Below, in pieces: positions 13,058 to 25,071 of a DNA stretch of 64,000 bases. The DNA is from an uncultured delta proteobacterium (GTDB lineage: Bacteria > Desulfobacterota > Binatia > UBA9968). The DNA lies in the NCBI GenBank assembly GCA_963737905.1, contig CAVTUQ010000008.1, positions 96,001-160,000 on the forward strand, in the 5' to 3' direction. A model generated the notes under the pieces. The model did not search any database. It was not told where the DNA came from and worked only from the letters and a program-made list of their open reading frames with translations. Made by a program: the position numbers and the translations under genes. How positions within the stretch are numbered: position 1 is the first letter of the stretch; every line of letters begins with the position of its first letter.

Positions 13058-13344
13058 GAGGGCTTCAAGAAATCATTCGCGGTCCGTTGATTTCGGAAAA
13101 GGGATCGTTGCTAGCCGAGAGTACCCAGCAGGTGTTGTTCAAGATACAGCCTGATGCCAACAAGATAGAAGTAAAAAAAGCCGTTGAAACGCTTTTCAAA
13201 GTGAAAGTGGTCAAGGTCCGCATGGCGCGTTACCTAGGTAAGATTCGGCGAGTCGGCAAGAACATGGGGCGCAGACCGGAATGGAAGAAGGCCTATGTGA
13301 CTCTCAGGGAAGGCGACAAGATCGATTTTTTTGGCGGGGCTTAG
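13054..13344 (+). CDS. rplW: 50S ribosomal protein L23
   Basis: PLISEK, ANKIEVKKAVE, WKKAYVTL. Confidence 0.97.
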   Translation: MRGLQEIIRGPLISEKGSLLAESTQQVLFKIQPDANKIEVKKAVETLFKVKVVKVRMARYLGKIRRVGKNMGRRPEWKKAYVTLREGDKIDFFGGA

Positions 13345-13359
13345 TTAGAAGGATCAAAA

Positions 13360-14187
13360 ATGGCGATTAAGAACTATCAGCCTACGTCCCCGGGCATGCG
13401 TTTCAGAACCGGCCTCACGTTCGACGAGGTCACCAAAAAAGCGCCCGACAAGAGCTTGCGCGAGTCGCTTAAGCACAGCGGCGGGCGCAACAACACCGGT
13501 CGCATCACGGCAGATCATCGGGGTGGAGGCCACAAGCGTCTGTATCGCTTGATCGATTTCAAACGCGACAAGAAAAATATTCCGGCCAAAGTCGAGGCCA
13601 TCGAGTATGATCCTAATCGTTCGGCGCGGATCGCTTTGCTTCGTTACGCGGATGGCGAGCGGCGTTACATTCTAGCGCCGGGGCGGTTGCAGGTCGGGGA
13701 CTCTGTTATCGCTGGCGATGACAATGTAGATATCCAACCAGGCAATTCGCTGCCGCTCAAATTTATTCCTGTGGGAACGGTTGTCCATAACGTAGAACTG
13801 AAGATCGGTAAAGGCGGACAACTGGTTCGCAGTGCTGGATCCGGCGCCCAGCTTATGGCCAAGGAAGGCTCCTATGCTCTATTGAAGATGCCTTCAGGCG
13901 AGCTTCGCTATGTCCTATCCGAGTGTCGAGCCTCCGTCGGCCAAGTGGGCAACGCGGATCAGGAAAATATTTCTTGGGGGAAAGCGGGAAGAATACGCTG
14001 GCTTGGGTGGCGCCCCGGAAGTCGCGGTATCGCCAAGAACCCGGTCGATCATCCCCACGGTGGCGGCGAAGGACGGTCAAAGGGAAATCATCCTATGACC
14101 CCATGGGGCAAACCGACCAAGGGATACAAAACGCGGAAAAATCATTTGTCCGACAAGTATATTGTGAAGGGTAGAAAGGCGAAGTAA
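13360..14187 (+). CDS. rplB: 50S ribosomal protein L2
   Basis: [35 protein letters not shown]. Confidence 0.99.
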   Translation: MAIKNYQPTSPGMRFRTGLTFDEVTKKAPDKSLRESLKHSGGRNNTGRITADHRGGGHKRLYRLIDFKRDKKNIPAKVEAIEYDPNRSARIALLRYADGERRYILAPGRLQVGDSVIAGDDNVDIQPGNSLPLKFIPVGTVVHNVELKIGKGGQLVRSAGSGAQLMAKEGSYALLKMPSGELRYVLSECRASVGQVGNADQENISWGKAGRIRWLGWRPGSRGIAKNPVDHPHGGGEGRSKGNHPMTPWGKPTKGYKTRKNHLSDKYIVKGRKAK

Positions 14188-14189
14188 CG

Positions 14190-14558
14190 ATGGCACGTTC
14201 GGTGAAGAAAGGACCCTTTGTCGACGCGCACCTGACGAAGAAAATTGCGGCGATGAACGAATCTCGCCAGAAACGGGTCATTCAGACCTGGTCCCGCCGC
14301 TCGACGGTTACGCCGGAAATGATCGGTCATACGATCGGCGTCCATAATGGGAGAAAATTCATTCCGGTCTTCGTTACAGAAAACATGGTGGGACATAAGC
14401 TCGGAGAATTCTCTCCGACCCGCACCTTCTTCGTACACTCCGGGGATCGTAAAGGAGAAGCCAAGGAGACGGTGGGGGCGGCCGCTCCCGCAGCCGGACC
14501 TCCGGCCGCCGGCACGGCCGCAGCCGTTCAAAGACCGGCTGCGGCTCCCAAAAGTTGA
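14190..14558 (+). CDS. rpsS: 30S ribosomal protein S19 with Ala/Pro-rich C-terminal extension
   Basis: [23 protein letters not shown]. Confidence 0.98.
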   Translation: MARSVKKGPFVDAHLTKKIAAMNESRQKRVIQTWSRRSTVTPEMIGHTIGVHNGRKFIPVFVTENMVGHKLGEFSPTRTFFVHSGDRKGEAKETVGAAAPAAGPPAAGTAAAVQRPAAAPKS

Positions 14559-14614
14559 ACCAATTTGATGCGAGGGAGCCTAACGGGATTCAAGTAGCGA
14601 TGGTCATCTAGGTT

Positions 14615-14959
14615 ATGGAAGCTCAAGCGATCACCAAGTATGTGCGGCTCTCTCCACGAAAAGTGCGGCTGGTCGTAGACCAGATTCGCGGTAAAGGGGT
14701 TGAGGAAGCACTGAGTATTCTCAAATTTGTGCCGAAGCGTTCCGCGGCAATTGTCGCCAAGACCCTACGTACGGCAGTGGCCAATGCGGAGAACACCCAG
14801 AGTGTTGATGTGGACCGACTCTATGTAAAGCAGGTTAAGGTAGATGAAGGCGGGATGTGGAAACGATTTACCCCTCGAGCTCAGGGTCGAGCCACACGGA
14901 TCCGCAAACGCCTGAGTCATATCACTATCGTGGTGGACGAGGTCAGCGAGAGGAGCTAA
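14615..14959 (+). CDS. rplV: 50S ribosomal protein L22
   Basis: SPRKVRLVVDQIRG, PRAQGRA, SHITIVV. Confidence 0.98.
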   Translation: MEAQAITKYVRLSPRKVRLVVDQIRGKGVEEALSILKFVPKRSAAIVAKTLRTAVANAENTQSVDVDRLYVKQVKVDEGGMWKRFTPRAQGRATRIRKRLSHITIVVDEVSERS

Positions 14960-14965
14960 GAGCTG

Positions 14966-15628
14966 ATGGGCCAAAAAACACACCCCAAAATTTTTCGCCT
15001 CGGCGTCATCGAGTCTTGGGACTCTAAATGGTTTGCACGTCATGATTATCCTAAACTGCTCCACGAAGACTTTAGGGTCAAAAAATTTTTGAAGAGCCGT
15101 CTTTACCATGCGGGCATCTCGAGGATTGAGATCGAAAGGGCGGCGAACAAAGCAAAAATCAACATTTACACGGCTCGCCCGGGAATCGTTATTGGCAAAA
15201 AGGGCGCCGAGATCGAAAAGCTGAAGGAAGAGATCGCCAAATTGACCAACCGTGACACCTACATCAATATCCATGAGGTGAGGCGACCGGACCTTGACGC
15301 CCAGCTCGTTGCTGAAAACGTTGCGCTACAGTTGGAACGGAGGGTTGCCTTCCGACGCGCCATGAAAGAGAGTGTCTCTCGGGCCATGCGTATGGGAGCC
15401 CAGGGCGTGAGAATCCAGTGTGCTGGTCGATTAGGAGGCTCGGAAATCGCTCGCACCGAGTGGTATCGCGAAGGGCGGGTGCCGCTGCACACGTTGCGGG
15501 CCGATATCAACTACGGGTTTGCAGAGGCGCGCACGACCTATGGCATCATTGGGGTAAAAGCCTGGATCTTCAGGGGCGAGGTCTTAACCGAAGAGGAAGA
15601 GCAACAGAAAGCAATGTTAGGCGGTTGA
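14966..15628 (+). CDS. rpsC: 30S ribosomal protein S3
   Basis: [29 protein letters not shown]. Confidence 0.99.
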   Translation: MGQKTHPKIFRLGVIESWDSKWFARHDYPKLLHEDFRVKKFLKSRLYHAGISRIEIERAANKAKINIYTARPGIVIGKKGAEIEKLKEEIAKLTNRDTYINIHEVRRPDLDAQLVAENVALQLERRVAFRRAMKESVSRAMRMGAQGVRIQCAGRLGGSEIARTEWYREGRVPLHTLRADINYGFAEARTTYGIIGVKAWIFRGEVLTEEEEQQKAMLGG

Positions 15629-15661
15629 GAGCCGGGTCACTAATCCTTTTAGTACTTTAAC

Positions 15662-16087
15662 ATGCTAGAACCGAAAAAAGTAAAATACCGAAAATTGCAA
15701 AAGGGACGCCGGCGCGGCACGGCGCACCGCGGCTCTTCTCTGGCCTTCGGCGAGTACGGGCTAAAGGCCATCGAGCGAGGTTGGATGAGCGCACGCGAGA
15801 TCGAAGCGGCTCGAGTCGCCCTCACTCGTTATCTCAAGCGGGGCGGTAAGGTCTGGATTCGGATCTTTCCCGACAAGCCGTTAACTAAGAAGCCGGCGGA
15901 GACCCGTATGGGAAAGGGAAAAGGTGCTCCCGAGATGTGGGTTGCAGTGATTCAACCAGGGCGCATATTGTTCGAAATGGAGGGTGTAGACGGACCGCTC
16001 GCACGGGAGGCTTTCCGTCTAGCGGCGCATAAACTGTCCATCCCGACGATTTTCGTGGAGCGGAAAGGACTCGCCCATGCAAGCTAA
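15662..16087 (+). CDS. rplP: 50S ribosomal protein L16
   Basis: [18 protein letters not shown]. Confidence 0.99.
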   Translation: MLEPKKVKYRKLQKGRRRGTAHRGSSLAFGEYGLKAIERGWMSAREIEAARVALTRYLKRGGKVWIRIFPDKPLTKKPAETRMGKGKGAPEMWVAVIQPGRILFEMEGVDGPLAREAFRLAAHKLSIPTIFVERKGLAHAS

Positions 16088-16286
16088 AGAACTGCGCGAT
16101 ATGAGTGCAGACGATCTAAGTCAGAAATGCGCAGAGCTTCGGGAAGAGATCGGCCATCTGAAACTGAAACGGGCCACAAGCAGGTTGGAAAACCCGATGA
16201 AGTTGCGTCAGACCAAACGAGACTTAGCCCGGGTGGAGACCCTTCTTCGAGAAAAGGCGTTAGAGGGTGGGAAAGGCGCGGCATGA
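16077..16286 (+). CDS. rpmC: 50S ribosomal protein L29
   Basis: [26 protein letters not shown]; position in S10 operon. Confidence 0.95.
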   Translation: MQAKELRDMSADDLSQKCAELREEIGHLKLKRATSRLENPMKLRQTKRDLARVETLLREKALEGGKGAA

Positions 16287-16576
16287 TTGAGAGAGGGCTC
16301 AGAAAAGAGCGAATGGGGTTGGTGATCAGCGACCGGATGCAGAAAACGGTAGTTGTTTCTGTGGAGCGGACGGTCATGCACCCGAAGTATAAAAAGTACC
16401 TACGGCGCCGGACTAAGGTGAAGGCGCATGATGAACGCAACCAGAGCCGTGTGGGAGACCGGGTGTTGATTGTCGAATGTCGGCCGCTCAGTCGGGATAA
16501 GCGGTGGCGCGTGAGCCGCGTCCTCGAGCGAGCCAAAACGACGGAGATCGGCCAGTCAAAGGCAGACGCTGTCTGA
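16283..16576 (+). CDS. rpsQ: 30S ribosomal protein S17
   Basis: [27 protein letters not shown]; start reassigned to ATG 16283 overlapping the rpmC stop. Confidence 0.97.
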   Translation: MIERGLRKERMGLVISDRMQKTVVVSVERTVMHPKYKKYLRRRTKVKAHDERNQSRVGDRVLIVECRPLSRDKRWRVSRVLERAKTTEIGQSKADAV

Positions 16577-16596
16577 GCCGCAGGTGAGGTTGATTC

Positions 16597-16965
16597 ATGA
16601 TCCAGATGAGAACGGTGTTGGATGTGGCGGATAACTCGGGGGCGCGAAAGGTGCAGTGCATCAAAGTCCTGGGAGGCAGCAAGCGGAAGTATGCGTCCAT
16701 CGGCGACATTATTGTGGTTTCCGTCAAGGAAGCGATTCCCAACGCCAAAGTAAAAAAGGGCGAGGTCACGAAGGCCGTGGTGGTCCGAACGGCGAAGGAG
16801 ATAGGGAGGCCGGACGGGACCTATATCCGATTCGACAACAACTCGGCGGTGCTGATCGACAATCAGAAGGAGCCGATCGGGACCCGCATCTTTGGACCGG
16901 TGGCGCGCGAACTCCGGGCCAAAAAATTCATGAAGATTATCTCGCTCGCACCCGAAGTACTTTAG
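16597..16965 (+). CDS. rplN: 50S ribosomal protein L14
   Basis: [28 protein letters not shown]. Confidence 0.99.
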   Translation: MIQMRTVLDVADNSGARKVQCIKVLGGSKRKYASIGDIIVVSVKEAIPNAKVKKGEVTKAVVVRTAKEIGRPDGTYIRFDNNSAVLIDNQKEPIGTRIFGPVARELRAKKFMKIISLAPEVL

Positions 16966-16988
16966 TCGGAATTGAGGAGAAAGCGCTC

Positions 16989-17300
16989 GTGCAGATTCGC
17001 AAGAATGACAGTGTCATGGTGATCTCGGGAAGGGAGAAGGGAAAGACCGGCAAGGTTCTTCGCGTTCGCTCCAAGCAGGACGCTGTCATTATCGAAAGAG
17101 TTAACATGGTAAAGCGGCACAGTCGGCCGCGTGGCCCGCAGCAACCGGGGGGTATTGTGGAAAAGGAAGCCGCTATTCGCGTTTCCAACATCATGCTGAT
17201 GTGTGATAAGTGCAACGCTCCGGTGCGTGTCGGGCGAAAGATTCTGGCGGATGGGAATAAAATCCGTGTCTGCCGGCGGTGTAGCGAAGCCCTAGACTAG
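16989..17300 (+). CDS. rplX: 50S ribosomal protein L24
   Basis: VISGREKGKTGKV, GGIVEKEAAIRVSN; GTG start at 16989 after SD GAGGAG; CxxC pairs near C-terminus. Confidence 0.96.
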   Translation: MQIRKNDSVMVISGREKGKTGKVLRVRSKQDAVIIERVNMVKRHSRPRGPQQPGGIVEKEAAIRVSNIMLMCDKCNAPVRVGRKILADGNKIRVCRRCSEALD

Positions 17301-17311
17301 GGTAGGATGGG

Positions 17312-17851
17312 ATGGCGAGACTGAAGCAGAAATATCAGGACGAAGTCGTGCCGGCGATGATGAAGGAGTTCGGCTATAAGAACTCCATGCAGGTGCCCCG
17401 GCTAGAAAAAATTACCGTCAATGTCGGACTCGGAGAGGCGACGCAAAATATCAAGGTTCTCGATACCGCCGTGGCCGAGGTCACCGCCATCACCGGACAG
17501 AAGCCGGTGGTGACGCGCGCTAAAAAGTCTATCGCTAACTTCAAGCTGCGGGAAGGGGTTCCGATCGGTTGCATGGTCACCTTGAGGCAGGAGCGCATGT
17601 ACGAATTTCTCGACCGACTGATTCACGTCGCACTGCCGCGAGTTCGCGATTTCAAGGGGATCTCGGATCGGTCATTCGATGGTCGCGGGAATTATTCCCT
17701 CGGCTTGCGCGAGCAAATTATTTTTCCGGAGATTCCGGTGGACAAAGTCGAGAAAACACGAGGGATGACCGTCTCGTTCATCACCAACGCGAAGACGGAT
17801 AACGAAGGCAGGACTCTGCTCAAGTTGCTGGGGATGCCTTTTGTTAGTTGA
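17312..17851 (+). CDS. rplE: 50S ribosomal protein L5
   Basis: [28 protein letters not shown]. Confidence 0.99.
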   Translation: MARLKQKYQDEVVPAMMKEFGYKNSMQVPRLEKITVNVGLGEATQNIKVLDTAVAEVTAITGQKPVVTRAKKSIANFKLREGVPIGCMVTLRQERMYEFLDRLIHVALPRVRDFKGISDRSFDGRGNYSLGLREQIIFPEIPVDKVEKTRGMTVSFITNAKTDNEGRTLLKLLGMPFVS

Positions 17852-17870
17852 TCCATGAGGGGGATTTCCA

Positions 17871-18056
17871 TTGGCCAAGACATGTCTTCGAATTAAGGCG
17901 GAACGACCGAATCGGTTCAAGGTACGGGAATATAATCGCTGTCCCCTGTGTGGTCGAGCGCGGGCGTTTTATCGGCGCTTTCGTATGTGCCGGCTGTGTC
18001 TGCGCGATCATGCGCGCAAGGGTCATATCCCGGGACTGATCAAAGCCAGTTGGTAG
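17871..18056 (+). CDS. rpsN: 30S ribosomal protein S14, Zn-binding 61-aa type
   Basis: NRCPLCGR...CRLCLR; TTG start. Confidence 0.97.
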   Translation: MAKTCLRIKAERPNRFKVREYNRCPLCGRARAFYRRFRMCRLCLRDHARKGHIPGLIKASW

Positions 18057-18071
18057 AGGGCGGAGACTACG

Positions 18072-18476
18072 ATGGGAATGACGGATCCAATTGCAGATAT
18101 GTTAACCCGTATACGTAACGCCTCCCGGGCACGCCATCAAAAGGTGGCCATCCCGTGGTCGCGTGTGAAAGAAAACATCATCAACGTTCTGATTGAGGAA
18201 GGCTACATAAGAGAATCGAAGAAGGTCAAGGCTTCCCAGGGCGCGGGTGACGAGCTTGTGATTCAACTAAAATTCGACCGAGAAAGTCGTCCCGTGATTG
18301 TAGGGATCAGGCGCGTCAGCAGGCCAAGCCGCAGGGTCTACGTCGGCGGGCAGGCCGTGACTCCGATCCGAAAAGGATTGGGCGTAAACATTTTGTCGAC
18401 TCCCAAAGGGATCATGGCGGACCGGGAAGCGCAAAGAGCAAAGGTCGGAGGAGAACTCATCTGCTCGGTATGGTAG
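18072..18476 (+). CDS. rpsH: 30S ribosomal protein S8
   Basis: TDPIADMLTRIRN, STPKGIM, GGELICSVW. Confidence 0.99.
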   Translation: MGMTDPIADMLTRIRNASRARHQKVAIPWSRVKENIINVLIEEGYIRESKKVKASQGAGDELVIQLKFDRESRPVIVGIRRVSRPSRRVYVGGQAVTPIRKGLGVNILSTPKGIMADREAQRAKVGGELICSVW

Positions 18477-18494
18477 TTTAGGACGAGGTGTAGA

Positions 18495-19046
18495 GTGTCA
18501 CGAATCGGAAAGCTGCCCATAACGATTCCAAGTGGGGTTAAGGTGGCCGTTGAACCCAGGGAAGTCCGTTTGGAAGGGCCCAAGGGGAAGCTCAAAACGA
18601 CTATTCCGGCTGGGGTCAATGTCAAAGTAGAGGGGAATTTGCTTCGAGTCGAGCGGGAGGGGGAAGAGCGTCAAGTTCGGGCTTTGCATGGGCTTACCCG
18701 AAAGTTGATCTCCAACATGACCCAGGGTGTCAGCGAGGGCTTTAGCCGCGTGCTTGAAATCAACGGGGTTGGTTATCGCGCCGAGGTCAAAGGCCAGGAG
18801 ATCCACATCACGTTGGGTTTTTCTCACCCTGTAGTGTTTTCCCTGCCCCAAGGCGTCGCTGCTTCTGTGGAGAGACAGGTGATCATAACCCTCAGCAGTG
18901 CGGATCGCCAGCTGCTCGGAGAAACTGCCGCGAAGCTACGTGGCCTCAGACCGCCTGAGCCGTACAAAGGCAAGGGCGTTAAATATCGTGAAGAAGTCAT
19001 TCGCCGCAAAGCCGGAAAAGCGGTGGGTTCCGCGGGTAGCGCGTAG
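18495..19046 (+). CDS. rplF: 50S ribosomal protein L6
   Basis: SRIGKLPI, GVGYRA, RPPEPYKGKGVKY. Confidence 0.99.
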   Translation: MSRIGKLPITIPSGVKVAVEPREVRLEGPKGKLKTTIPAGVNVKVEGNLLRVEREGEERQVRALHGLTRKLISNMTQGVSEGFSRVLEINGVGYRAEVKGQEIHITLGFSHPVVFSLPQGVAASVERQVIITLSSADRQLLGETAAKLRGLRPPEPYKGKGVKYREEVIRRKAGKAVGSAGSA

Positions 19047-19065
19047 CGAGTGAGGTCAAAAACAG

Positions 19066-19431
19066 ATGGCAAATAAGCAGAAAGACATGGCCCGCACGAG
19101 ACGAAAACAGCGGGTTCGGAAAAAGGTCCTGGGAACGGATCAGCGGCCCCGGATTTCTGTATTCAAGAGCAACAAGCATATCTACGCGCAAATCATTTCC
19201 GATGATCGTGGGATCACGTTGGCATCGGTCTCGACACTCTCCAAAGATTTAGCGACCCAGGTCGAGAACATCAAAGGCGTGGAGGCCGCTAAGCAGGTCG
19301 GGTTGGTGCTGGCCAGGATCTGTAAGGAAAAAAATATTTCGCATGTCATTTTCGATCGCAACGGCTTTCTCTTTCATGGTCGGGTCAAGGCCATTGCCGA
19401 TGGTGCACGTGAAGGCGGATTGGAGTTTTAA
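19066..19431 (+). CDS. rplR: 50S ribosomal protein L18
   Basis: [30 protein letters not shown]. Confidence 0.98.
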   Translation: MANKQKDMARTRRKQRVRKKVLGTDQRPRISVFKSNKHIYAQIISDDRGITLASVSTLSKDLATQVENIKGVEAAKQVGLVLARICKEKNISHVIFDRNGFLFHGRVKAIADGAREGGLEF

Positions 19432-19453
19432 AACTTTATGGAGCGAGGTTTCC

Positions 19454-19951
19454 TTGGAACGGATTGATCCGCAGGGTTTGGAGTTGAAAGAGAAAGTGGT
19501 TCACATTAGCCGGGTGGCCAAAGTGGTAAAAGGCGGCCGACGATTCAGCTTCAGCGCGCTGGTAGTGGTGGGTGATAACCATGCTGTTGTCGGTCACGGA
19601 ATGGGAAAAGCGAACGAAGTCCCGGAAGCGATACGAAAGGGTCTAGAACAGGCCAAGAAAAATTTGATTCGAGTTCCCGTGATGGAAGGAACCATCCCCT
19701 TTGAGGTGAGTGGAAGGTTTGGTGCCGGGTACGTGATTCTCAAACCTGCGTCTGATGGAACGGGAGTCATCGCCGGTGGAGGCGTGCGAGCGGTGGTGGA
19801 AGCGGCGGGGATACAAAACGTTTTGACCAAGTGTCTCGGCTCCAACAACCCGCACAATATGGTCAAGGCGACGTTTGAAGCGCTAAAAGATTTGCGTCCT
19901 CCCGAGGAAATTGCCGACCGGCGAGGAAAGGTACTGGCGGAGATCCGCTGA
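19454..19951 (+). CDS. rpsE: 30S ribosomal protein S5
   Basis: [30 protein letters not shown]; probable TTG start at 19454. Confidence 0.98.
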   Translation: MERIDPQGLELKEKVVHISRVAKVVKGGRRFSFSALVVVGDNHAVVGHGMGKANEVPEAIRKGLEQAKKNLIRVPVMEGTIPFEVSGRFGAGYVILKPASDGTGVIAGGGVRAVVEAAGIQNVLTKCLGSNNPHNMVKATFEALKDLRPPEEIADRRGKVLAEIR

Positions 19952-19953
19952 GG

Positions 19954-20412
19954 ATGAGCATGAAACTAAGTGATCTGAGACCGGCGCAGGGTTCCAATAA
20001 TAAACGGAAGCGCGTAGGCCGGGGAGATGGCTCTGGCCATGGAAAGACCTCGTGCCGAGGCCACAAGGGACAGGGCGCTCGGTCCGGAGGAGGCACCCGC
20101 CCCGGGTTCGAAGGCGGCCAGATGCCGCTCCAGCGGCGTCTTCCAAAGCGCGGGTTTCATAATCCCTTTCGAGTTGAAATGGCGATCGTTAATCTGGAGC
20201 AGTTGGAAGCGTTCCCATCGGGGAGCGAAGTGACGCCCGCGCTGCTCGCCGAAAAAGGGCTTTTGCGCGGCAAGAACCAAAGAGTCAAGATACTCGGTGA
20301 TGGCGCCTTGACGAAGCCGTTGACGATCAAGGCCCATGGATTTTCTGCCAAGGCTAAAGATAAAATCGAAGCCTGCGGCGGCAAATTGGAGTTGTTGGAG
20401 GCCCATGCTTAA
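19954..20412 (+). CDS. rplO: 50S ribosomal protein L15
   Basis: [30 protein letters not shown]. Confidence 0.98.
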   Translation: MSMKLSDLRPAQGSNNKRKRVGRGDGSGHGKTSCRGHKGQGARSGGGTRPGFEGGQMPLQRRLPKRGFHNPFRVEMAIVNLEQLEAFPSGSEVTPALLAEKGLLRGKNQRVKILGDGALTKPLTIKAHGFSAKAKDKIEACGGKLELLEAHA

Positions 20413-21715
20413 CGGTTTCCAGAACGCCTCGAAAATTCCCGAGCTCAGGCGTCGGGTCCTCTTTACCCTGGCGATGTTGGCGGTGTATCGGCTCGGCGTT
20501 CATGTACCAACGCCGGGAATCGATCGCCAGGCACTGGCGGCCTACTTTGAGCAGGTCAAAGGAACGATTTTCGGACTTTTCAATCTCTTTTCTGGCGGCG
20601 CTCTTGAGCAATTTTCGGTTTTTTCCCTGGGCATTATGCCCTACATCAGCGCATCAATCATTCTGCAGTTGTTGACGGTGGTTTTTCCTTATATCGAAAG
20701 GCTTTCGAAGGAGGGCGAAGCCGGGCGGCGCAAAATCACCCAATATACGCGTTACGGGACGGTGGTCTTATCGATCATTCAAGGACTCATGATTAGCTTT
20801 GGGCTGGAGGGAACGCGGGGTCCTGGAGGCGCCGCCATCGTTTTAAACCCGGGTTGGAGCTTCCGGCTGATGACCGTGATCACGCTGACATCGGGCACGG
20901 CGTTTATTATGTGGCTGGGTGAGCAAATTACCGAACGAGGAATTGGGAACGGTATCTCTCTGATCATTTTTGCGGGCATCGTGGCCCGGCTCCCATCGGC
21001 GCTTACGACAACCTTTCAGTTCATTCGCGAAGGGGAATTGGGAGTCTTGATTGCGTTGTTTCTGCTCGTTTTTACCGTCGTCATTGTGGGAGTCATCATT
21101 TTCATGGAACGAGGACAGAGACGTATTCCTGTCCAGTACGCCAAACGGGTGGTTGGACGGAAGATGTACGGTGGGCAAAGCTCCCACTTGCCATTAAAGA
21201 TCAATACAGCGGGAGTGATTCCGCCGATTTTTGCCTCGTCTATTCTGATCTTTCCCGCCACGGTTGCTCAGTTCGCCCCTTACCCTTGGGTACAATCGAT
21301 CTCGGGCATGTTGAGCCCGGGACAATGGCTTCACGATTTGGTGTATGTAGTACTGATTATTTTCTTTGCTTATTTTTATACTGCGGTTGTCTTCAATCCC
21401 GTGGACGTAGCTGAAAACATGAAAAAATTTGGCGGCTACATTCCTGGAATCAGACCCGGGCAGAAGACGGCGGAGTTTATCGACCGAGTCCTCTCCCGCA
21501 TCACGTTGGGGGGAGCGCTTTATATTTCCGTTGTTGCGCTTTTGCCGACGATTTTGATCCAGCAGCTTAATGTGCCGTTCTACTTCGGCGGGACAGCGCT
21601 GCTGATCGTGGTCGGGGTCGCGCTGGACACGGTAGCACAGATGGAGACCCATTTGATTACCCGCAACTATGAGGGTTTCATGAAGCGAGGGCGCTTGCGG
21701 GGGAGAAGGGGCTAG
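20405..21715 (+). CDS. secY: preprotein translocase subunit SecY
   Basis: [38 protein letters not shown]; ATG at 20405. Confidence 0.99.
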   Translation: MLNGFQNASKIPELRRRVLFTLAMLAVYRLGVHVPTPGIDRQALAAYFEQVKGTIFGLFNLFSGGALEQFSVFSLGIMPYISASIILQLLTVVFPYIERLSKEGEAGRRKITQYTRYGTVVLSIIQGLMISFGLEGTRGPGGAAIVLNPGWSFRLMTVITLTSGTAFIMWLGEQITERGIGNGISLIIFAGIVARLPSALTTTFQFIREGELGVLIALFLLVFTVVIVGVIIFMERGQRRIPVQYAKRVVGRKMYGGQSSHLPLKINTAGVIPPIFASSILIFPATVAQFAPYPWVQSISGMLSPGQWLHDLVYVVLIIFFAYFYTAVVFNPVDVAENMKKFGGYIPGIRPGQKTAEFIDRVLSRITLGGALYISVVALLPTILIQQLNVPFYFGGTALLIVVGVALDTVAQMETHLITRNYEGFMKRGRLRGRRG

Positions 21716-21718
21716 CGG

Positions 21719-22381
21719 TTGGCGAGTTTACGCGTCGTTTTGCTAGGGCCTCCAGGGGCCGGTAAAGGGACTCAGGCGAAGCTGCTCCACGAGAAGTTCG
21801 AAGCTTGTCAGGTATCGACGGGGGACATTCTCAGGAAGGCTGTGGCGGACCAAAGTCCGGTAGGAAAAGAGGCTTCCGAATACATTAAGAGCGGGACCTT
21901 GGTGCCGGACAGTGTTATTGTCAAGCTCGTCGCAGAACGGCTGAAGGAAAAAGATTGCGCGCGCGGTTTCATTCTCGACGGCTTCCCGAGGACGATTCCA
22001 CAGGCTCGAAGCCTCGATGAGATACTGCAGAAAATGGGATTGGGGCTGCATTCTGTTTTATCGGTGCAGGTGCCCCATAACCTCATTGTTGAACGGCTTG
22101 CCGGGCGCCGAACCTGCAAGAATTGTGGTGCGCTATACCATCTGAACTTCAATCCTCCGACGAAGGAGAATATTTGTGATCGCTGTGGTGGCGAGCTTCT
22201 TCAACGGGACGATGATCGTGAAGAAACCATCGGTGCGCGTCTGAAGGTGTATGACGATCAGACCGCGCCTTTGGTCGATTACTACCGGCGGCGGGGGATA
22301 TTGAGGGAAATCGATGGCGTTGGAAAAGTAGACGACATCGGAAACCGTATGCTAAAGGCCCTAGGGGACCTGACGCCGTGA
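21719..22381 (+). CDS. adk: adenylate kinase (Zn-lid type)
   Basis: GPPGAGKGTQA, LDGFPRT, CKNC...CDRC lid. Confidence 0.98.
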   Translation: MASLRVVLLGPPGAGKGTQAKLLHEKFEACQVSTGDILRKAVADQSPVGKEASEYIKSGTLVPDSVIVKLVAERLKEKDCARGFILDGFPRTIPQARSLDEILQKMGLGLHSVLSVQVPHNLIVERLAGRRTCKNCGALYHLNFNPPTKENICDRCGGELLQRDDDREETIGARLKVYDDQTAPLVDYYRRRGILREIDGVGKVDDIGNRMLKALGDLTP

Positions 22382-23136
22382 TATCGCTCAAATCGCCTCG
22401 AGAAATCGACATCATGAGGCGGGCGAATACGATCGTCGCTGAGGTATTGCAAGAGCTAAAACAACGAGTAGGCCCGGGAGTAACGACGCTAGAACTAGAC
22501 GGGGTAGCTGAAGAGCTGACGCTAAAAAGAAAGGCCATCCCGGCGTTCAAGGGCTACAGCGTCGCCGGCAGAGTTTTTCCGCGCTGTCTTTGTGTATCGA
22601 TCAATGAGGAGATTGTTCATGGAATCCCGTCCCATCGCGCGCTGCGTGAGGGGGATATCGTTGGGCTCGACTATGGCGTGATTTTCGATGGCTTTTATGG
22701 CGATTCGGCGGTGACCGTTGGCGTGGGAAGGGTGAGCGAGGAAGCCAAACGACTGATGGAGGTTACGGAGCAGGCGCTCTACCGGGGTATTGAACAGCTC
22801 CAAGACGGAAAGCGGTTGGGAGATCTCGGCTTTGCGGTTCAGCAAACCGCAGAGAGCGCGGGCTACTCGGTTGTTCGCGCCTTCGTCGGTCATGGCATCG
22901 GCAAGAAATTGCATGAGGAGCCGCCGGTGCCGAATTACGGAGAGCCTGACCGTGGCGTTCGACTGAAGGAAGGGATGGTCCTGGCCATCGAGCCCATGGT
23001 CAATGCCGGAAGTTACGAAGTCGAAATTAAAGAGGACGGCTGGACGGCGATAACCAAAGACGGCAGCCTGGCGGCGCATTTTGAACATTCGGTAGCCGTC
23101 ACGAAGAACGGCCCGTTCATTTTAAGCAAGTTATAG
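22378..23136 (+). CDS. map: type I methionine aminopeptidase
   Basis: HGIP, GHGIG..LHEEP, AIEPM, AHFEHSV. Confidence 0.98.
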   Translation: MISLKSPREIDIMRRANTIVAEVLQELKQRVGPGVTTLELDGVAEELTLKRKAIPAFKGYSVAGRVFPRCLCVSINEEIVHGIPSHRALREGDIVGLDYGVIFDGFYGDSAVTVGVGRVSEEAKRLMEVTEQALYRGIEQLQDGKRLGDLGFAVQQTAESAGYSVVRAFVGHGIGKKLHEEPPVPNYGEPDRGVRLKEGMVLAIEPMVNAGSYEVEIKEDGWTAITKDGSLAAHFEHSVAVTKNGPFILSKL

Positions 23137-23174
23137 TTGGGTATTCACCCAAACGAACAGTCCGAAAATTTGGT

Positions 23175-23393
23175 ATGCCGAAAGAAGATGCCATCGAAGT
23201 GACCGGAAAGGTGTTGGAGACCTTGCCCAATGCGATGTTTCGAGTGGAGCTCGACAACGGTCATAAGGTACTCGCTCATATATCGGGAAAAATGAGGATG
23301 CACTACATCAAGATCCTCCCGGGCGACAAGGTCAAGATCGAATTGTCTCCCTACGACTTGGCACGGGGACGAATCATCTTTCGGGAGCGCTAA
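23175..23393 (+). CDS. infA: translation initiation factor IF-1
   Basis: [30 protein letters not shown]. Confidence 0.99.
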   Translation: MPKEDAIEVTGKVLETLPNAMFRVELDNGHKVLAHISGKMRMHYIKILPGDKVKIELSPYDLARGRIIFRER

Positions 23394-23405
23394 GGAGTCG
23401 TCGTC

Positions 23406-23519
23406 GTGAAGGTTAGAGCCTCCGTAAAGAAAATTTGCAACAAATGTAAAGTCATAAGGCGAAAGGGAGTCGTGCGCGTGTTGTGTGTTAACACCAAGCA
23501 CAAGCAAAGACAGGGGTAG
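23406..23519 (+). CDS. rpmJ: 50S ribosomal protein L36 (below ORF-track size cutoff)
   Basis: GTG start; [37 protein letters not shown]; Zn-binding form; SD TAAGGAG. Confidence 0.97.
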   Translation: MKVRASVKKICNKCKVIRRKGVVRVLCVNTKHKQRQG

Positions 23520-23562
23520 ATAGTTTAACACTGAGGGATTAAACAGGAGCTAGAGAAAAAAT

Positions 23563-23946
23563 ATGGCACGCATTGCAGGAGTCGATCTCCCGAGAAGCAA
23601 AAGGATGGAAGTCGCGCTCACCTACATTTACGGAATCGGCCGGAGCGCCTCGCGAAAGATCCTTGAGCAAGCCGGCATCTCCTTCGACCTGAAGAGCGAC
23701 GATCTCTCGGACGACGATGTGGTAAAAATCCGCCAGCTCCTCGATCAAGGACACAAGGTCGAGGGTGATTTACGGCGTGACGTGTCCATGAATATCAAGC
23801 GGCACATCGACATGGGATCGTATCGAGGCCTGCGCCATCGTAAGAATCTGCCGGTGCGCGGCCAACGGACGCACACCAACGCACGTACGCGCAAGGGGCC
23901 ACGCAAAACGGTTGCGGGGAAAAAGCCGGCCCCCTCTAAAGGTTAG
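23563..23946 (+). CDS. rpsM: 30S ribosomal protein S13
   Basis: [30 protein letters not shown]. Confidence 0.99.
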   Translation: MARIAGVDLPRSKRMEVALTYIYGIGRSASRKILEQAGISFDLKSDDLSDDDVVKIRQLLDQGHKVEGDLRRDVSMNIKRHIDMGSYRGLRHRKNLPVRGQRTHTNARTRKGPRKTVAGKKPAPSKG

Positions 23947-23954
23947 GAGAACCT

Positions 23955-24410
23955 ATGGCAAAAGCTGACGACGCCGTCGAGGAAAAACAGGAGAAGAAAG
24001 CTGAAGGACAGGTCGAGCAGAAGTCTCTCGACAGGGCTGCGCGCAAGAAGCGGGGACGAAAAAATATCGCTGAGGGTGTCGTTCATATTCATTCGACCTT
24101 CAATAACACGATCGTTACGATTACGGATTACCAAGGCAACGTCATCTCCTGGTCGAGTGCTGGAAGCATGGGCTTCAAAGGCTCTCGAAAGGGAACTCCG
24201 TTTGCGGCCCAGCAGGCCGCCGATAGCGCGGCCAAAAAAGCCATGGATCACGGGCTGCGAAGCGTCCAGATTTTTGTCCGAGGGCCGGGCGCGGGCCGAG
24301 AGTCGGCATTGCGAGCGCTTCAGTCGGCGGGCTTCAACATCAGTCTGATAAAAGATGTAACCCCCATTCCTCACAATGGGTGCCGTCCGCCAAAACGAAG
24401 GCGAGTTTGA
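23955..24410 (+). CDS. rpsK: 30S ribosomal protein S11 with charged N-terminal extension
   Basis: [34 protein letters not shown]. Confidence 0.99.
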   Translation: MAKADDAVEEKQEKKAEGQVEQKSLDRAARKKRGRKNIAEGVVHIHSTFNNTIVTITDYQGNVISWSSAGSMGFKGSRKGTPFAAQQAADSAAKKAMDHGLRSVQIFVRGPGAGRESALRALQSAGFNISLIKDVTPIPHNGCRPPKRRRV

Positions 24411-24423
24411 TAAGGAGGAAAGA

Positions 24424-25050
24424 TTGGCTAGATACACAGAATCTGTGTGCCGGCTTTGCAGGCGGGAAAACCTCAAGCTCTTTTTGAAAGGAGAGCGATG
24501 TTACACGGACAAGTGCGCCATTGAAAGGCGCAATTATCCGCCGGGGCAGCATGGCCAGAAGAGACCCAAATTCTCTGAATACAGCATTCAGTTACGTGAG
24601 AAGCAAAAGGTCAAGCGAATGTACGGCCTGATGGAAAATCAATTTCGTCGCACATTCGCGCGGGCGAATCGCGAGAAGGGGATCACCGGAGAGGCCCTGT
24701 TAGTCTTATTGGAGCGACGGCTGGACAACGCTACCTATCGGCTTGGATTCGCCAGTTCCAGAGCGGAAGCACGATTGCTCGTCCGGCAGGGGCATATCTT
24801 GGTCAACGGAAAGCGAGTCAACATTCCGTCCTATCTGGTTCGCGTCGGCGACGAGGTGTCTGTCAAAGAGGGGAGTCGCCAGATGGCGAGGGTGTTGACG
24901 GCGATGGAGGGCGCGCAGCGCCGCGGTGTGCCGGAATGGGCGGAACTCAACCGGGATGCATTTAGTGGGCGGGTCAAATTAATGCCCGCGCGCAGCGACA
25001 TCACGATGCCCATTAACGAAAAATTAATCGTAGAATTGTATTCGAAGTAA
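24424..25050 (+). CDS. rpsD: 30S ribosomal protein S4 (Cys-containing form)
   Basis: TTG start after SD AAGGAGG; CRLCRRE, PPGQHG, LERRLDN, IVELYSK. Confidence 0.98.
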   Translation: MARYTESVCRLCRRENLKLFLKGERCYTDKCAIERRNYPPGQHGQKRPKFSEYSIQLREKQKVKRMYGLMENQFRRTFARANREKGITGEALLVLLERRLDNATYRLGFASSRAEARLLVRQGHILVNGKRVNIPSYLVRVGDEVSVKEGSRQMARVLTAMEGAQRRGVPEWAELNRDAFSGRVKLMPARSDITMPINEKLIVELYSK

Positions 25051-25071
25051 TTTTCGAAGGTGGGAGACGCT

